DNA of 64,000 nt, from positions 186,001-250,000 of the IMG/VR virus record IMGVR_UViG_3300033995_001164; one strand, written 5' to 3'. A model generated the notes under the pieces. That model saw only the letters and a program-made list of their open reading frames with translations. It did not search any database and was not told the origin of the DNA. This document shows positions 39,616 through 47,874 of the stretch, piece by piece (positions within the stretch are counted from its first letter, which is position 1; each line of letters opens with the position of its first letter). Both the position numbers and the translations under genes were made by a program.

Positions 39616-40020
39616 TTAGTTTATCAATTGTAATAATATATACGATAATTTATATCCGGTGAACGCCCCAAGAGCGGATGGAATTGGGAAAACAATTAAC
39701 TGTCCCAAATCAGTAACATATTTGGGACGATTAACTATTTTACCCATGAAGAAGTAATAAGTTAAATACCCTAAGAATACTGCAATATCTGCCCTTGTCG
39801 AAATAAACACTACAAGCGTAGCACCAAGGAATCCAAATATAAAATTATCTCTTACTCCTTCGAATATTTCACGACGAGTTGCGGTTTTATATTCCTTAAC
39901 TATTTTCTTAATTTTGGTCTTCCTTTGTTTAAAGAAATTTGGATTTAATTCTTCATTTTCCATCATCCAATATATTAGGGTAATACAATAATGTCGGATT
40001 CTTTTTTTGAATGTCAACAT
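39616..40020 (-). CDS. Membrane protein
   Basis: Three hydrophobic segments. Confidence 0.55.
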   Translation of the reverse strand: MLTFKKRIRHYCITLIYWMMENEELNPNFFKQRKTKIKKIVKEYKTATRREIFEGVRDNFIFGFLGATLVVFISTRADIAVFLGYLTYYFFMGKIVNRPKYVTDLGQLIVFPIPSALGAFTGYKLSYILLQLIN

Positions 40021-40561
40021 CCGGATAAAGTTTACTAAACTCCATCACATTGAATTTTTGAGTGATTAAATGGAACCCATTTTTAGTGGGAATCACTTTT
40101 TCAACTTTACTCCCAACTGGCTGAATCTCCATAAGGTCCATGGTAATGTCCCTCAAGAATTTTTTATCCTTAGTGTCGATATCGATAATCCATCTCTTTT
40201 CCTGAGTTTTAATTTGTCCAACAACTGAATCAAATAACCCTTTTTGGACCTGAGCACCATTCTTAATCCTTTGGGCCAAGGTTGACAACATCTCCAATGA
40301 TACATCTCGGTGATTTTGTTTTTGAACATGGATATACGCTCGGGCTTTAAACATCTCACAAAGTTGTTTAATCTCATCATACCTTTTATCAAGGTATTCA
40401 AGACTATCGACGCAGTAAGTTTTAATAGTTCTCACTGATTGGTGATTATCTCTCTCCCCTTCAGGTTGGTCTTTTTTCCTTTTGAATACATACAACATAT
40501 AGAAGTCTCCCGGTTCGGAAAAATTTAATAAGGATTTTACTACGTCAATATTATCTATCAT
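39953..40561 (-). CDS. Hypothetical protein, possibly AEP (primase-polymerase) fold
   Basis: RWIIDID and PTKNGFHL resemble AEP motifs I and II. Confidence 0.45.
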   Translation of the reverse strand: MIDNIDVVKSLLNFSEPGDFYMLYVFKRKKDQPEGERDNHQSVRTIKTYCVDSLEYLDKRYDEIKQLCEMFKARAYIHVQKQNHRDVSLEMLSTLAQRIKNGAQVQKGLFDSVVGQIKTQEKRWIIDIDTKDKKFLRDITMDLMEIQPVGSKVEKVIPTKNGFHLITQKFNVMEFSKLYPDVDIQKKNPTLLYYPNILDDGK

Positions 40562-40566
40562 ATCTT

Positions 40567-41112
40567 TTATTTATTATCCATCCAATCAATTTTAGGACAG
40601 TATTTGTTATATTTTGCCTTTGCGAATTCCACCACCAAATAAGTTTTTTCTTCTTTTGGTTCACTCCATATTCTCCGACCATTCTCATCGTATTTTATCT
40701 TACGTTTTCGGTTCCGGTCTTTAAGAGCTGTAACACCTTCAATAACCCCAATCATAATTGATGCCATCCATAATATAGCACCTATTGTTCCCATAAAATC
40801 ATAAAAACTATCTTTAGTTGGTAATATAAAAAACCAACCAATAAATGACAACATGCAAAAGATGAAGAACAATAAAAAATAAAACAACACTCCAATCCCA
40901 ATACGCTTTCCGGTACTATTATCATTATATTCGTAATCTTTATCATAAAGTTCCATAACAATCGATGGAAGACCAACCAAAGAATAAGGGATTAACACTA
41001 ACCAAGCTAACACCAATTTCCAAAAATAAGGACATAAGTTGTTTGGTAAAACATTTGTTCCGTAGAACCATCTGTACAGTTTTGAACTGATTGAATTCGA
41101 ATTTAATTTCAT
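40567..41112 (-). CDS. Membrane protein
   Basis: Three hydrophobic segments; host-type promoter upstream (41128-41157). Confidence 0.6.
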   Translation of the reverse strand: MKLNSNSISSKLYRWFYGTNVLPNNLCPYFWKLVLAWLVLIPYSLVGLPSIVMELYDKDYEYNDNSTGKRIGIGVLFYFLLFFIFCMLSFIGWFFILPTKDSFYDFMGTIGAILWMASIMIGVIEGVTALKDRNRKRKIKYDENGRRIWSEPKEEKTYLVVEFAKAKYNKYCPKIDWMDNK

Positions 41113-41214
41113 ATTTTTATATTTTTGACAAAGATAATACTTTTTTTCATTACACCAAATAAAAAACCCCCAAATTAAAAATAATCTGAGGGTTTTTATA
41201 ATCCTTATTTTTTT

Positions 41215-41520
41215 TTATTCCATAAAATCGTTGTCATCGTAATCAAATTCACCAACTTCAGTGCCACCCATTTTTGTTCCATATGGGATGTCTTTTGGGT
41301 GAGATTCGTAACCTAATTCTTCACCATAAGAATTTGGGTGAAATCCAAGTCCGTGTTGGTAGGTACCAACAATTTTACCGGTTTCAATGTCTTTTACTAA
41401 TCTTTCAGGTCGTTTTTTGGTGGTTTCATAATGAGATTGTTCTGAAATAACCTTTCCTGATTTATACCCAAAAAGGTATTTTATATCACCTAATTCTTCA
41501 GTTAATATTTTCTTATCCAT
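41215..41520 (-). CDS. Leader-bearing protein
   Basis: Leader ILTEELGDIKYLFGYKSGKVISEQ, paralogous to that of 9096..9545. Confidence 0.6.
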   Translation of the reverse strand: MDKKILTEELGDIKYLFGYKSGKVISEQSHYETTKKRPERLVKDIETGKIVGTYQHGLGFHPNSYGEELGYESHPKDIPYGTKMGGTEVGEFDYDDNDFME

Positions 41521-41553
41521 TTTAATTGTTTTAATATAAATATAACGTATAAT

Positions 41554-41581
41554 AAAAAACCCCCAAGTTTCCTCGGAGGTT
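41554..41581 (-). terminator. Terminator at the end of the tRNA operon
   Basis: AACCTCCGAG-GAAA-CTTGGGGGTT-TTTT on the minus strand. Confidence 0.75.
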
Positions 41582-41694
41582 ATATGTAGGGTTGCCGGGT
41601 ACCTAAACTGATTAACGACAATCAGACCATCGTTCGCGACCTGTAAGAGTCCAACGACTGATATTATACTATACTTACACTCAAATATCTATTG

Positions 41695-41767
41695 TGGCCC
41701 CGGAGAATTACGATATCCCGACTTCTACATTATGAGTGTAGCACTCTAACCTCTGAGTTACGAGACC
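41695..41767 (-). tRNA. tRNA-Ile2 (CAT), atypical T-arm
   Basis: GGTCTCG/CGGGGCC-A; CTACA-CTCATAA-TGTAG; T-arm GGGAT-ATCGTAA-TTCTC. Confidence 0.75.
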
Positions 41768-41858
41768 TTAAATTAGGTTTTGGTGTAAACACCCTACACG
41801 ACTTTAACCTAAAAAGTACACTGAGTAATTTAAAACCCTCAGCGGTTTAATTGTTAAC

Positions 41859-42089
41859 CTATTGGTGGTGTTTTATATACCGACCAAACTTATCCACCCT
41901 CACAGAGAGTTTCTCCAATCTAAAGTTCCATTCTTTGAACTTTCCTAAGCCCGATTTTACTCTTGCTTGTTTAATCGCAGATTCTTCTGCCTTCTCACGT
42001 CCGTCTTCTGTTGTTTCAACAAAAAACGTGGGAGCCTGAACACCGTTTCTAACGGGAACTACTCTCCAAATTCTCAATTTCTGAGTCAT
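41859..42089 (-). CDS. Hypothetical protein
   Basis: 76-aa ORF. Confidence 0.5.
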   Translation of the reverse strand: MTQKLRIWRVVPVRNGVQAPTFFVETTEDGREKAEESAIKQARVKSGLGKFKEWNFRLEKLSVRVDKFGRYIKHHQ

Positions 42090-42173
42090 AAATTTTAGCT
42101 AATAGCTAAAACTATGTGGAGTTCGGATTTTGGTTTTTCATATTGATAATTTACACATTTTCTAATTAAAAGA

Positions 42174-42277
42174 AATATTAAACATATGGTGGTCTATCAC
42201 CTCACATTTTCAACGGGTCCAATTTTATGTGTGCCTCACTGGTTTACTTCTGCAATGTCACTTTAATGTTTAATATT
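42174..42277 (-). ncRNA. Candidate structured RNA, 104 nt
   Basis: Perfect 12-bp closing helix AATATTAAACAT/ATGTTTAATATT; internal CACAT/ATGTG and GGTG/CACC helices. Confidence 0.45.
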
Positions 42278-43073
42278 ACTTATTTTGGACAATTTTTATC
42301 ATTTCCATAATCCCATAATTTTTACACCATTTTCTAACCGCATTATCACTAACATTATAATGACGACCAACGGATGTAAATGTCTTGTGTTTCTCAAAAA
42401 TTTCCAATAATTCAGGAACTTTTGGGATTATGTTATTTATTCTTTTTCCTTCATAATAACACTCAATAGAACAATATTTTTTACTTTTTCCAGTATATTC
42501 TCCGTTACAAGTTAAACATTGTTTAATTTCTTTTTCCTTTGGTGGTAATTTAACTAACTCGGCATTTGTTAAATTATTTAACCACTCTATGGATGGTTCT
42601 GATTTTTTTGTTTTTACATTTTTACCTCGATAATTATTAGTCATAGCGTGACAATTAGGGCATAATATTTGTAAATTATTTAATCTATTATCATTTGAAT
42701 CACCATTTATATGATGTAATTCTAATTTAATTGGTTGTTCCATCCATTGTGATAATCCACAACATTCACAGGTTTTAGTTTTTAACCCGTCTTCAATTAA
42801 TCGTTTTCTTAAATTATGACTCCCATAAACAGAACCTTTAATTAATATTTTATCCAAACTCATTGGTGGGATAACTTTTCTATATCTATCACCCTGATTC
42901 CAACCTTGTCCGGTAAAATGGGATGTATCAATATTAAATTCTGTAATTTTATTTCTGAGTGTTTTATAATTTCCACCAGCAGCAATAATCCCTAATTTTT
43001 TACAAACTTCAGATATTGACAACGATTCTTTAATAACTTGTTCTAAACTCTCTTTTGTGTGTTTATATTTCAT
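42276..43073 (-). CDS. HNH homing endonuclease
   Basis: CECCG...LELHHINGDSNDNRLNNLQILCPNCHAMT; HTH-like termini. Confidence 0.9.
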   Translation of the reverse strand: MKYKHTKESLEQVIKESLSISEVCKKLGIIAAGGNYKTLRNKITEFNIDTSHFTGQGWNQGDRYRKVIPPMSLDKILIKGSVYGSHNLRKRLIEDGLKTKTCECCGLSQWMEQPIKLELHHINGDSNDNRLNNLQILCPNCHAMTNNYRGKNVKTKKSEPSIEWLNNLTNAELVKLPPKEKEIKQCLTCNGEYTGKSKKYCSIECYYEGKRINNIIPKVPELLEIFEKHKTFTSVGRHYNVSDNAVRKWCKNYGIMEMIKIVQNK

Positions 43074-43150
43074 AATGTTCCTTTATTATAAATATCTCGA
43101 ACCTACACAAAGTTTAAGTTTTTTAATTATTTTTTACGATTACCTTTTTG

Positions 43151-43235
43151 TACCCGGAGAGGGACTTGAACCCTCAACCCCCTTACGGAGGACTAGATTT
43201 TAAGTCTAGCGTGTATACCATTCCACCACCCGGGT
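43151..43235 (-). tRNA. tRNA-Leu (TAA)
   Basis: CTAGA-CTTAAAA-TCTAG; long variable arm; canonical T-arm. Confidence 0.95.
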
Positions 43236-43240
43236 AGTTG

Positions 43241-43316
43241 TTGATAAGGTGGGTTTCGAACCCACGGACTCTCGGCAGTTACCCACCGAGTGTTTCGCCA
43301 ACAAAACTTCTTACCA
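43241..43316 (-). ncRNA. tRNA-like RNA 1 with GNRA hairpin in place of the anticodon loop
   Basis: TGGTAAG/CTTATCA-A acceptor, GTTT/AAAC D-stem, GTGGG-TTCGAAA-CCCAC T-arm; central CTCGGTGG-GTAA-CTGCCGAG. Confidence 0.7.
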
Positions 43317-43327
43317 ATCCTTCCACC

Positions 43328-43528
43328 AATGAGATTATTTTGGTGTAGATGTCCACAGTTTTTCTATTCAAAACCCATCGCGTCTTACCGCTTAAAAGTC
43401 AACAACTACTCGGAGGGATTGTTGTCAGTTCCCTTTATTCCGACAGACCCCCTCTGTAAAACCGTATGAGGCGTCAGCTACATCATTATTTCGAACGATG
43501 CCAAATCATTGAGTATCTCTATCTCATT
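43328..43528 (-). ncRNA. Candidate structured RNA, 201 nt
   Basis: AATGAGAT/ATCTCATT closing helix and several internal hairpins; no ORF. Confidence 0.45.
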
Positions 43529-43531
43529 TGT

Positions 43532-43619
43532 TGTTAGAACAGGAATCGAACCCGTGCTCTGCCGAAGATACCCCACTTTCGTGAATCGACGACCAAATAC
43601 TACCACTATATCATCTAAC
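43532..43619 (-). ncRNA. tRNA-like RNA 2
   Basis: GTTAGA/TCTAAC-A acceptor, AGTGGTAG D-loop, ACGGG-TTCGATT-CCTGT T-arm; central GTCGA/TCGGC helix bearing TTCAC-GAAA-GTGGG. Confidence 0.6.
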
Positions 43620-43624
43620 AATTG

Positions 43625-43698
43625 AGGTTCCTGTCAGAATCGAACTGACTCTATTCGGGGTTACAAAACCCGTGCACCACCTTTTATGCGTAGGAACC
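43625..43698 (-). tRNA. Atypical tRNA, tentatively Thr (TGT)
   Basis: GGTTCCT/AGGAACC-T; CGGG-TTTTGTAAC-CCCG (U31.C39 mismatch); canonical T-arm. Confidence 0.55.
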
Positions 43699-43751
43699 CT
43701 GTTGCAGAGTATTTTTTTTAAGTAGAAGTCAACTCTGTCTCTTAAACTACT

Positions 43752-43811
43752 AAAAGAAACTGTCCAAGGTCTATCCTGCTTTCGCTGTCCAGATTTTTCT
43801 CTGTTTCTTTT
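43752..43811 (-). ncRNA. Candidate small structured RNA, 60 nt
   Basis: AAAAGAAAC/GTTTCTTTT closing helix; GC-GAAA-GC hairpin; TGGACAG occurs twice. Confidence 0.35.
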
Positions 43812-43812
43812 A

Positions 43813-43905
43813 ACATCATCACTTCGGCCACATTGGGAGAACCGCAGTTCCCACGTTGTTTAAGGAGGTAGTTTGGCGGTGTATCACACCGAGTTATGAT
43901 AATGT
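43813..43905 (-). ncRNA. Candidate structured RNA, 93 nt, with ACCTCCTTA loop
   Basis: 10-bp closing helix with two G.U pairs on the minus strand; CGGTG/CACCG and GGGAAC/GTTCTCC hairpins. Confidence 0.45.
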
Positions 43906-43910
43906 ATTTG

Positions 43911-43984
43911 TACCCCCGGTGAGAGTCGAACTCACAAAACTCTTCATCCTAAGTGAAGCGGCTTTCCCGTTTGCCCACGAGGGT
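43911..43984 (-). tRNA. tRNA-Leu (TAG) without long variable arm
   Basis: CTTCA-CTTAGGA-TGAAG; only 74 nt. Confidence 0.8.
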
Positions 43985-43991
43985 ATTATTG

Positions 43992-44064
43992 TATCCTTAT
44001 CGGGATTCGAACCCAAACGACAAATTTAGAAGATTTGTATGCCAATCCATTACATCATAAGGAC
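43992..44064 (-). tRNA. tRNA-Arg (TCT)
   Basis: CAAAT-CTTCTAA-ATTTG; cloverleaf intact. Confidence 0.9.
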
Positions 44065-44077
44065 GTTTTTTTTTTTG

Positions 44078-44151
44078 AGACGATAGTCGGTCTCGAACCG
44101 ACCTTATTCCACATTGGAAGTGTGGTGCCATACCTACTAGGCGATACCGTC
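44078..44151 (-). tRNA. tRNA-Gly (TCC)
   Basis: CCACA-CTTCCAA-TGTGG; U73. Confidence 0.92.
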
Positions 44152-44230
44152 ATTTTTTGGGTAGATTCAGACTAGTACTGTCTACCGGGACCTCAAGTTT
44201 GAATTTCTTCAGGGAATTGAGACACATTCG

Positions 44231-44302
44231 TAGCAGGTGCTGGATTCGAACCAACGACCTAGAGGTTATGAGCCTCCCGAGCTACCTCTGCTCTAACCTG
44301 CA
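44231..44302 (-). tRNA. Initiator tRNA-fMet (CAT)
   Basis: 1.72 mismatch, GAGC/GCTC D-stem, GGAGG-CTCATAA-CCTCT. Confidence 0.85.
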
Positions 44303-44318
44303 ATTTATTTGTTTTTAG

Positions 44319-44394
44319 TAGCGAAGTACAGGTACCGCCCCTGTCTTATGTCAAGTTTATGAGACTTGCGGAAACTCTATGCCCCCCACTCGCG
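44319..44394 (-). tRNA. Atypical CAT tRNA (fMet-like acceptor, non-canonical T-loop)
   Basis: CGCGAGT acceptor with a bulge and C1.U72; CAAGT-CTCATAA-ACTTG; ACAGG-GGCGGTA-CCTGT. Confidence 0.6.
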
Positions 44395-44410
44395 ATGTAT
44401 TATTTAATTG

Positions 44411-44486
44411 CGGTCCCGGAGGGTTTCGAACCCTCATTTTAGAGCAGTGACAGTGCAATTCCCCTACCAATGGGGCTCACAAGACC
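44411..44486 (-). tRNA. tRNA-Asp (GTC)
   Basis: GCA-CTGTCAC-TGC (weak stem); G73. Confidence 0.85.
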
Positions 44487-44586
44487 AAAATTTTCAATTC
44501 AAAGGTGACTATCCTATAACAATTGAAGGAGAAAGAACCGTGTTTCCCGGGTAGTGACTTCCCGTATTCTGTCTTTCTGTTTTTTG

Positions 44587-44660
44587 TGGAACTGACGGGG
44601 GTCGAACCCGCATACCTTCTCGTTGCAAACGAGCTATTCAGCCAATTGAACTACAGCCCC
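44587..44660 (-). tRNA. tRNA-Ala (TGC)
   Basis: G3.U70 pair; CTCG-TTTGCAA-CGAG. Confidence 0.92.
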
Positions 44661-44724
44661 AATTATTCGTCTTTCCGAATCGTCAACATTGTGTAATTAG
44701 GGGACACGTTGCTCATAACCCTTG

Positions 44725-44796
44725 TACTGCCACGGAGAATCGAACTCCGATTTTATGGATGAAAACCATATATCCTGACCGTTAGATGATGGCAGC
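44725..44796 (-). tRNA. tRNA-Glu (TTC)
   Basis: TATGG-TTTTCAT-CCATA. Confidence 0.92.
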
Positions 44797-44842
44797 TTAT
44801 GAATAACCAATATTTCAATTAACTTGTTTCTTTTTGATGGTA

Positions 44843-44873
44843 CAAAGATAATGCTTTATTTCATTCTACCAAA
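44843..44873 (-). promoter_or_regulatory. Bacteroidota sigma70-type promoter for the tRNA sub-operon
   Basis: Minus strand TTTG-GTAGAATGAAATAAAGCAT-TATCTTTG (19-nt spacer). Confidence 0.75.
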
Positions 44874-45102
44874 CTTTACTCTTCTTTTTTTTCTTCTTCG
44901 ACTAAAACATTTTTTAATCCGTAGGTTACTCCCAATATCGGTGAGTAATCCATAACCAACTCTTCTCTAATCATACCTGTTATTATTATTTTTAGTTATT
45001 GTATCAATATATTTTTTACCTGCGAGTATCAATACCAGTAAACATACCAACAATCCACCCATTATGACCAATATTTGTTCTCCTGTATATTCTTCCATAA
45101 CT

Positions 45103-45345
45103 TTAATTTGATTTTCTCCAATTATTGGTGTTATAAATACAAAATTGTGAACCCACTTGGGCGTTTCTCCAATCATTCGGGTATAGATAAAATAATTTAT
45201 CATCTCCGGTACATTCATTTCTAATTACAACAGAATAATCTCTCACTCTATTACTAATTACTAGCCCACAATTACAACTCACATATCCATCAACAGAACA
45301 AGATAAGAATAGTGGGATGGACATAATTAAAATTAATTTTTTCAT
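45103..45345 (-). CDS. Small putative lipoprotein
   Basis: MKKLILIMSIPLFLSC lipobox-like; promoter at 45363-45394. Confidence 0.6.
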   Translation of the reverse strand: MKKLILIMSIPLFLSCSVDGYVSCNCGLVISNRVRDYSVVIRNECTGDDKLFYLYPNDWRNAQVGSQFCIYNTNNWRKSN

Positions 45346-45599
45346 AATCCTTTTATTTGTTACAAAGGTAATACATTATTTCATTCTACCAAATAAAAAC
45401 AAAAAAAAAATCCACCTTTTTTGAAGATGGATTTTTAAATATTTTTTTTTACTTAAATATATATCATACCATCTCCTTCCAAGTCGTATCTCTACCCTCA
45501 GTTCCCGCTATCGTAAGTAATATGTTTAAAGTTTGCATTTTCTGTGTTATTGTAATTTCTAATAAATATACACCTTTTTATAAAAGTGTCAAGTATTAA

Positions 45600-45986
45600 T
45601 TATTTATTTTCTATAAGTTCATCTAAAACAGCCGGAATGTATTGTTTAAACAATTTAATTGCATTCATTTTAAGTTCAATCATTTCCTTAATATTGTCAG
45701 ATAATTTTTTAATCTTATCGTATTCATCCGGAGTTAATAAGAACACTTCTTTTGGTATAGTGTTATATGTCTTCCCTATAATTGGACTTGTTATTTCAAT
45801 AATATTGGTATCTCCATCGTAATAATACGGTGTTAACCCCTGAGACTTAAATTTAAGTAAACTCATTGGAGTTATATCAAAATCTAATATTTTTCTATTC
45901 TCCGGAAGTTTTGGTTTATCCATCATTTCTTTGTGTTGGTTTAATATATCGTCTTTTTCTTCTTCGGTAATTATAAATTTTCTCAT
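45600..45986 (-). CDS. Leader-bearing protein
   Basis: MRKFIITEEEKDDILNQHK; late-type motif upstream. Confidence 0.6.
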   Translation of the reverse strand: MRKFIITEEEKDDILNQHKEMMDKPKLPENRKILDFDITPMSLLKFKSQGLTPYYYDGDTNIIEITSPIIGKTYNTIPKEVFLLTPDEYDKIKKLSDNIKEMIELKMNAIKLFKQYIPAVLDELIENK

Positions 45987-46127
45987 ACTAATAAATATCT
46001 TAACATAATGAATTACTATTCAAATACATTTTTTTTTAAACCGGTATAGATAATATTGTTTTAACAATTATCGGAAATGGATAATTTCTTCGAGGTGAAG
46101 GTATTTTAATCATAAGTAATATTATTA

Positions 46128-46325
46128 AAAAAGTTTAACAACCCCGCCCTCGGGTCGTAGCGGGCTACATGGGAATTCCGGAATTCGTCGTGTTCGTCAC
46201 CGGCGTACTAGTCCTTATCTATCCTTTACCGTATTACTACGGTGCTACTATTGGGAGGTCACCCCTATCAACACGCTAGTCCATTAATTTTTTAGAGTAT
46301 GGACACCCCGGTTGTTAAACTTTTT
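46128..46325 (-). ncRNA. Candidate structured RNA, 198 nt, GC-rich
   Basis: Perfect 16-bp terminal inverted repeat AAAAAGTTTAACAACC/GGTTGTTAAACTTTTT; internal CCGTA-GTAA-TACGG, GTCCAT/ATGGAC and GTAGC/GCTAC hairpins. Confidence 0.55.
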
Positions 46326-46387
46326 ATTTACATTCACCGTATTTCTACGGCGATTATCGCCGGTATTCACCGTATCGATAAATTTTG

Positions 46388-46528
46388 TGGGTAACAGGGG
46401 ATTCGCACCGAGAGCCTTGACATATCTTTTTTTCTAGAAATATTACAATACATTGTACTCCAATTAACCTTATTCTCTGACACCACCCTCACCGAATGGC
46501 CCGATTCGCTACACCGGAAAGGTTACCC
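46388..46528 (-). ncRNA. tRNA-like RNA 3 (141 nt, weak T-arm)
   Basis: Perfect GGGTAAC/GTTACCC-A acceptor-like helix; GG-TGCGAAT-CC T-loop-like segment. Confidence 0.4.
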
Positions 46529-46536
46529 AAATAATT

Positions 46537-46687
46537 AAAAACAGACAGAATGATTCTCCGATATTTACGTCTTAGGGGACTAGACGGGCATCATACCCGT
46601 GTTTACCCTCGGCGGTCTCTTGGTTTGGTTGATTACTCCGAACCTCACATCCGTATTACCACTGACTTAAGTTATGTGTCTGTTTTT
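46537..46687 (-). ncRNA. Candidate structured RNA, 151 nt
   Basis: 11-bp AAAAACAGACA/TGTCTGTTTTT closing helix; GGGTA/TGCCC and CGTCT/AGACG hairpins. Confidence 0.5.
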
Positions 46688-46688
46688 G

Positions 46689-46855
46689 TGGAATATTTGG
46701 GATTCGAACCCATGCCTCGCACCGTCTGATGCTTGCACATCCTTATGTGCTTTTATCCCTTTTTTTTGTAAAACAACAGACGGCTTTGAAGTACATCCAC
46801 ACCAACAATTATGACCGACTTCACCTTATGTGGAAGTTTAGTTTTACAATATTTC
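46689..46855 (-). ncRNA. tRNA-like RNA 4 (167 nt)
   Basis: GAAATAT/ATATTCC-A acceptor; TGGG-TTCGAAT-CCCA T-arm; 7-bp CCGTCTG/CAGACGG helix enclosing a long insert. Confidence 0.6.
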
Positions 46856-46921
46856 TTCGGGAGAGACCCTCAAGGGGTCACCTAACGGAATTATACCCTT
46901 AAATCACTCTCCGTCTTCTTG

Positions 46922-46992
46922 CACGTTTGATAGGTCTCGAACCCATACAAATTCTTTTGGAGAGAATTATGCTACCATTACATCACAAACGT
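46922..46992 (-). tRNA. tRNA-Trp (CCA)
   Basis: ATTCT-CTCCAAA-AGAAT; G73. Confidence 0.92.
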
Positions 46993-46993
46993 A

Positions 46994-47641
46994 TTATTTT
47001 AACCATTTTCTAATGGCGTTATCACTAACACCATATTTACGACCTGTTCCTTTATACCCAAGATTAATTACATCTTGTTTTATTTGTTCTATGGATGGTC
47101 TCTCAACTTTTCTATTTTGTTTATTTGTACATTTGATACATTTATCACTTTTTTTATCTTTTGTACCACCACACTCACAATGGTATTTAATTTTATTAGA
47201 TTTCCCGGAATATGTGCTAGTTTGGGAGTGACAATTAGGACATAAAAATCTTAAATTTTCTATTCTATTGTCATTATTAACCCCATTAATATGGTCTAAA
47301 TGTAGGCTAATATTTTTACCATTCCATTCCCCATTATTGCCACATTCGACACATTTATACTCAAGTAAATTTTTCTTTAATATTCTATTTTTAATTTTAC
47401 CTCTCGCAAATGTTGAATCTTTAACAAAAACGTCCTCGTCTAATCTAACTTCTTTAGGTCCTGTACCATAATAATTATATTTAGGAATCTCTAAACCCAA
47501 TTTAATAATTCTGTCTTTAATATTTCTATAACCACCCGACCCATTTGGTGATAAATTAAATAATAAAATAACCTCTCTCATTGATTTTGAATTATTTAAT
47601 ATTTCAAATAATTCTTCTTTTGTTACAGTTTTTAAATTCAT
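46994..47641 (-). CDS. HNH homing endonuclease
   Basis: CVECG...LHLDHINGVNNDNRIENLRFLCPNCHSQT; same C-terminal YGVSDNAIRKW as 42276..43073. Confidence 0.9.
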   Translation of the reverse strand: MNLKTVTKEELFEILNNSKSMREVILLFNLSPNGSGGYRNIKDRIIKLGLEIPKYNYYGTGPKEVRLDEDVFVKDSTFARGKIKNRILKKNLLEYKCVECGNNGEWNGKNISLHLDHINGVNNDNRIENLRFLCPNCHSQTSTYSGKSNKIKYHCECGGTKDKKSDKCIKCTNKQNRKVERPSIEQIKQDVINLGYKGTGRKYGVSDNAIRKWLK

Positions 47642-47711
47642 ATACTTTATTTTAATATAAATATCTTAAAAAACTAAAAAGGGTCACCATAACCTATGTT
47701 TCACCAAAAAT

Positions 47712-47872
47712 AATAACATAATTTTTTGTAGTCCCCCGCCGGGTAACCCCCCTACTTTTTCACACAACCCGGATGCCTCCGAATCTAATTTTCTATTTCA
47801 CCTCTTACTAAGAAACGCGTTTTCCATTCAGAGATTCAAGCCGATTTTCGCGAGTTAAAAAACTATGTTATT
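47712..47872 (-). ncRNA. Candidate structured RNA, 161 nt
   Basis: 16-bp closing helix with one G.U pair on the minus strand; CCGGGT/ACCCGG and CGCG/CGCG helices. Confidence 0.5.
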
Positions 47873-47874
47873 TG

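Noticed and set aside
45450-45515. Purine-rich loop closed by TTACTTA/TAAGTAA as a CsrA-type sponge
   Set aside because: Short AT-only stem and GGA motifs not in hairpin loops; evidence too weak.
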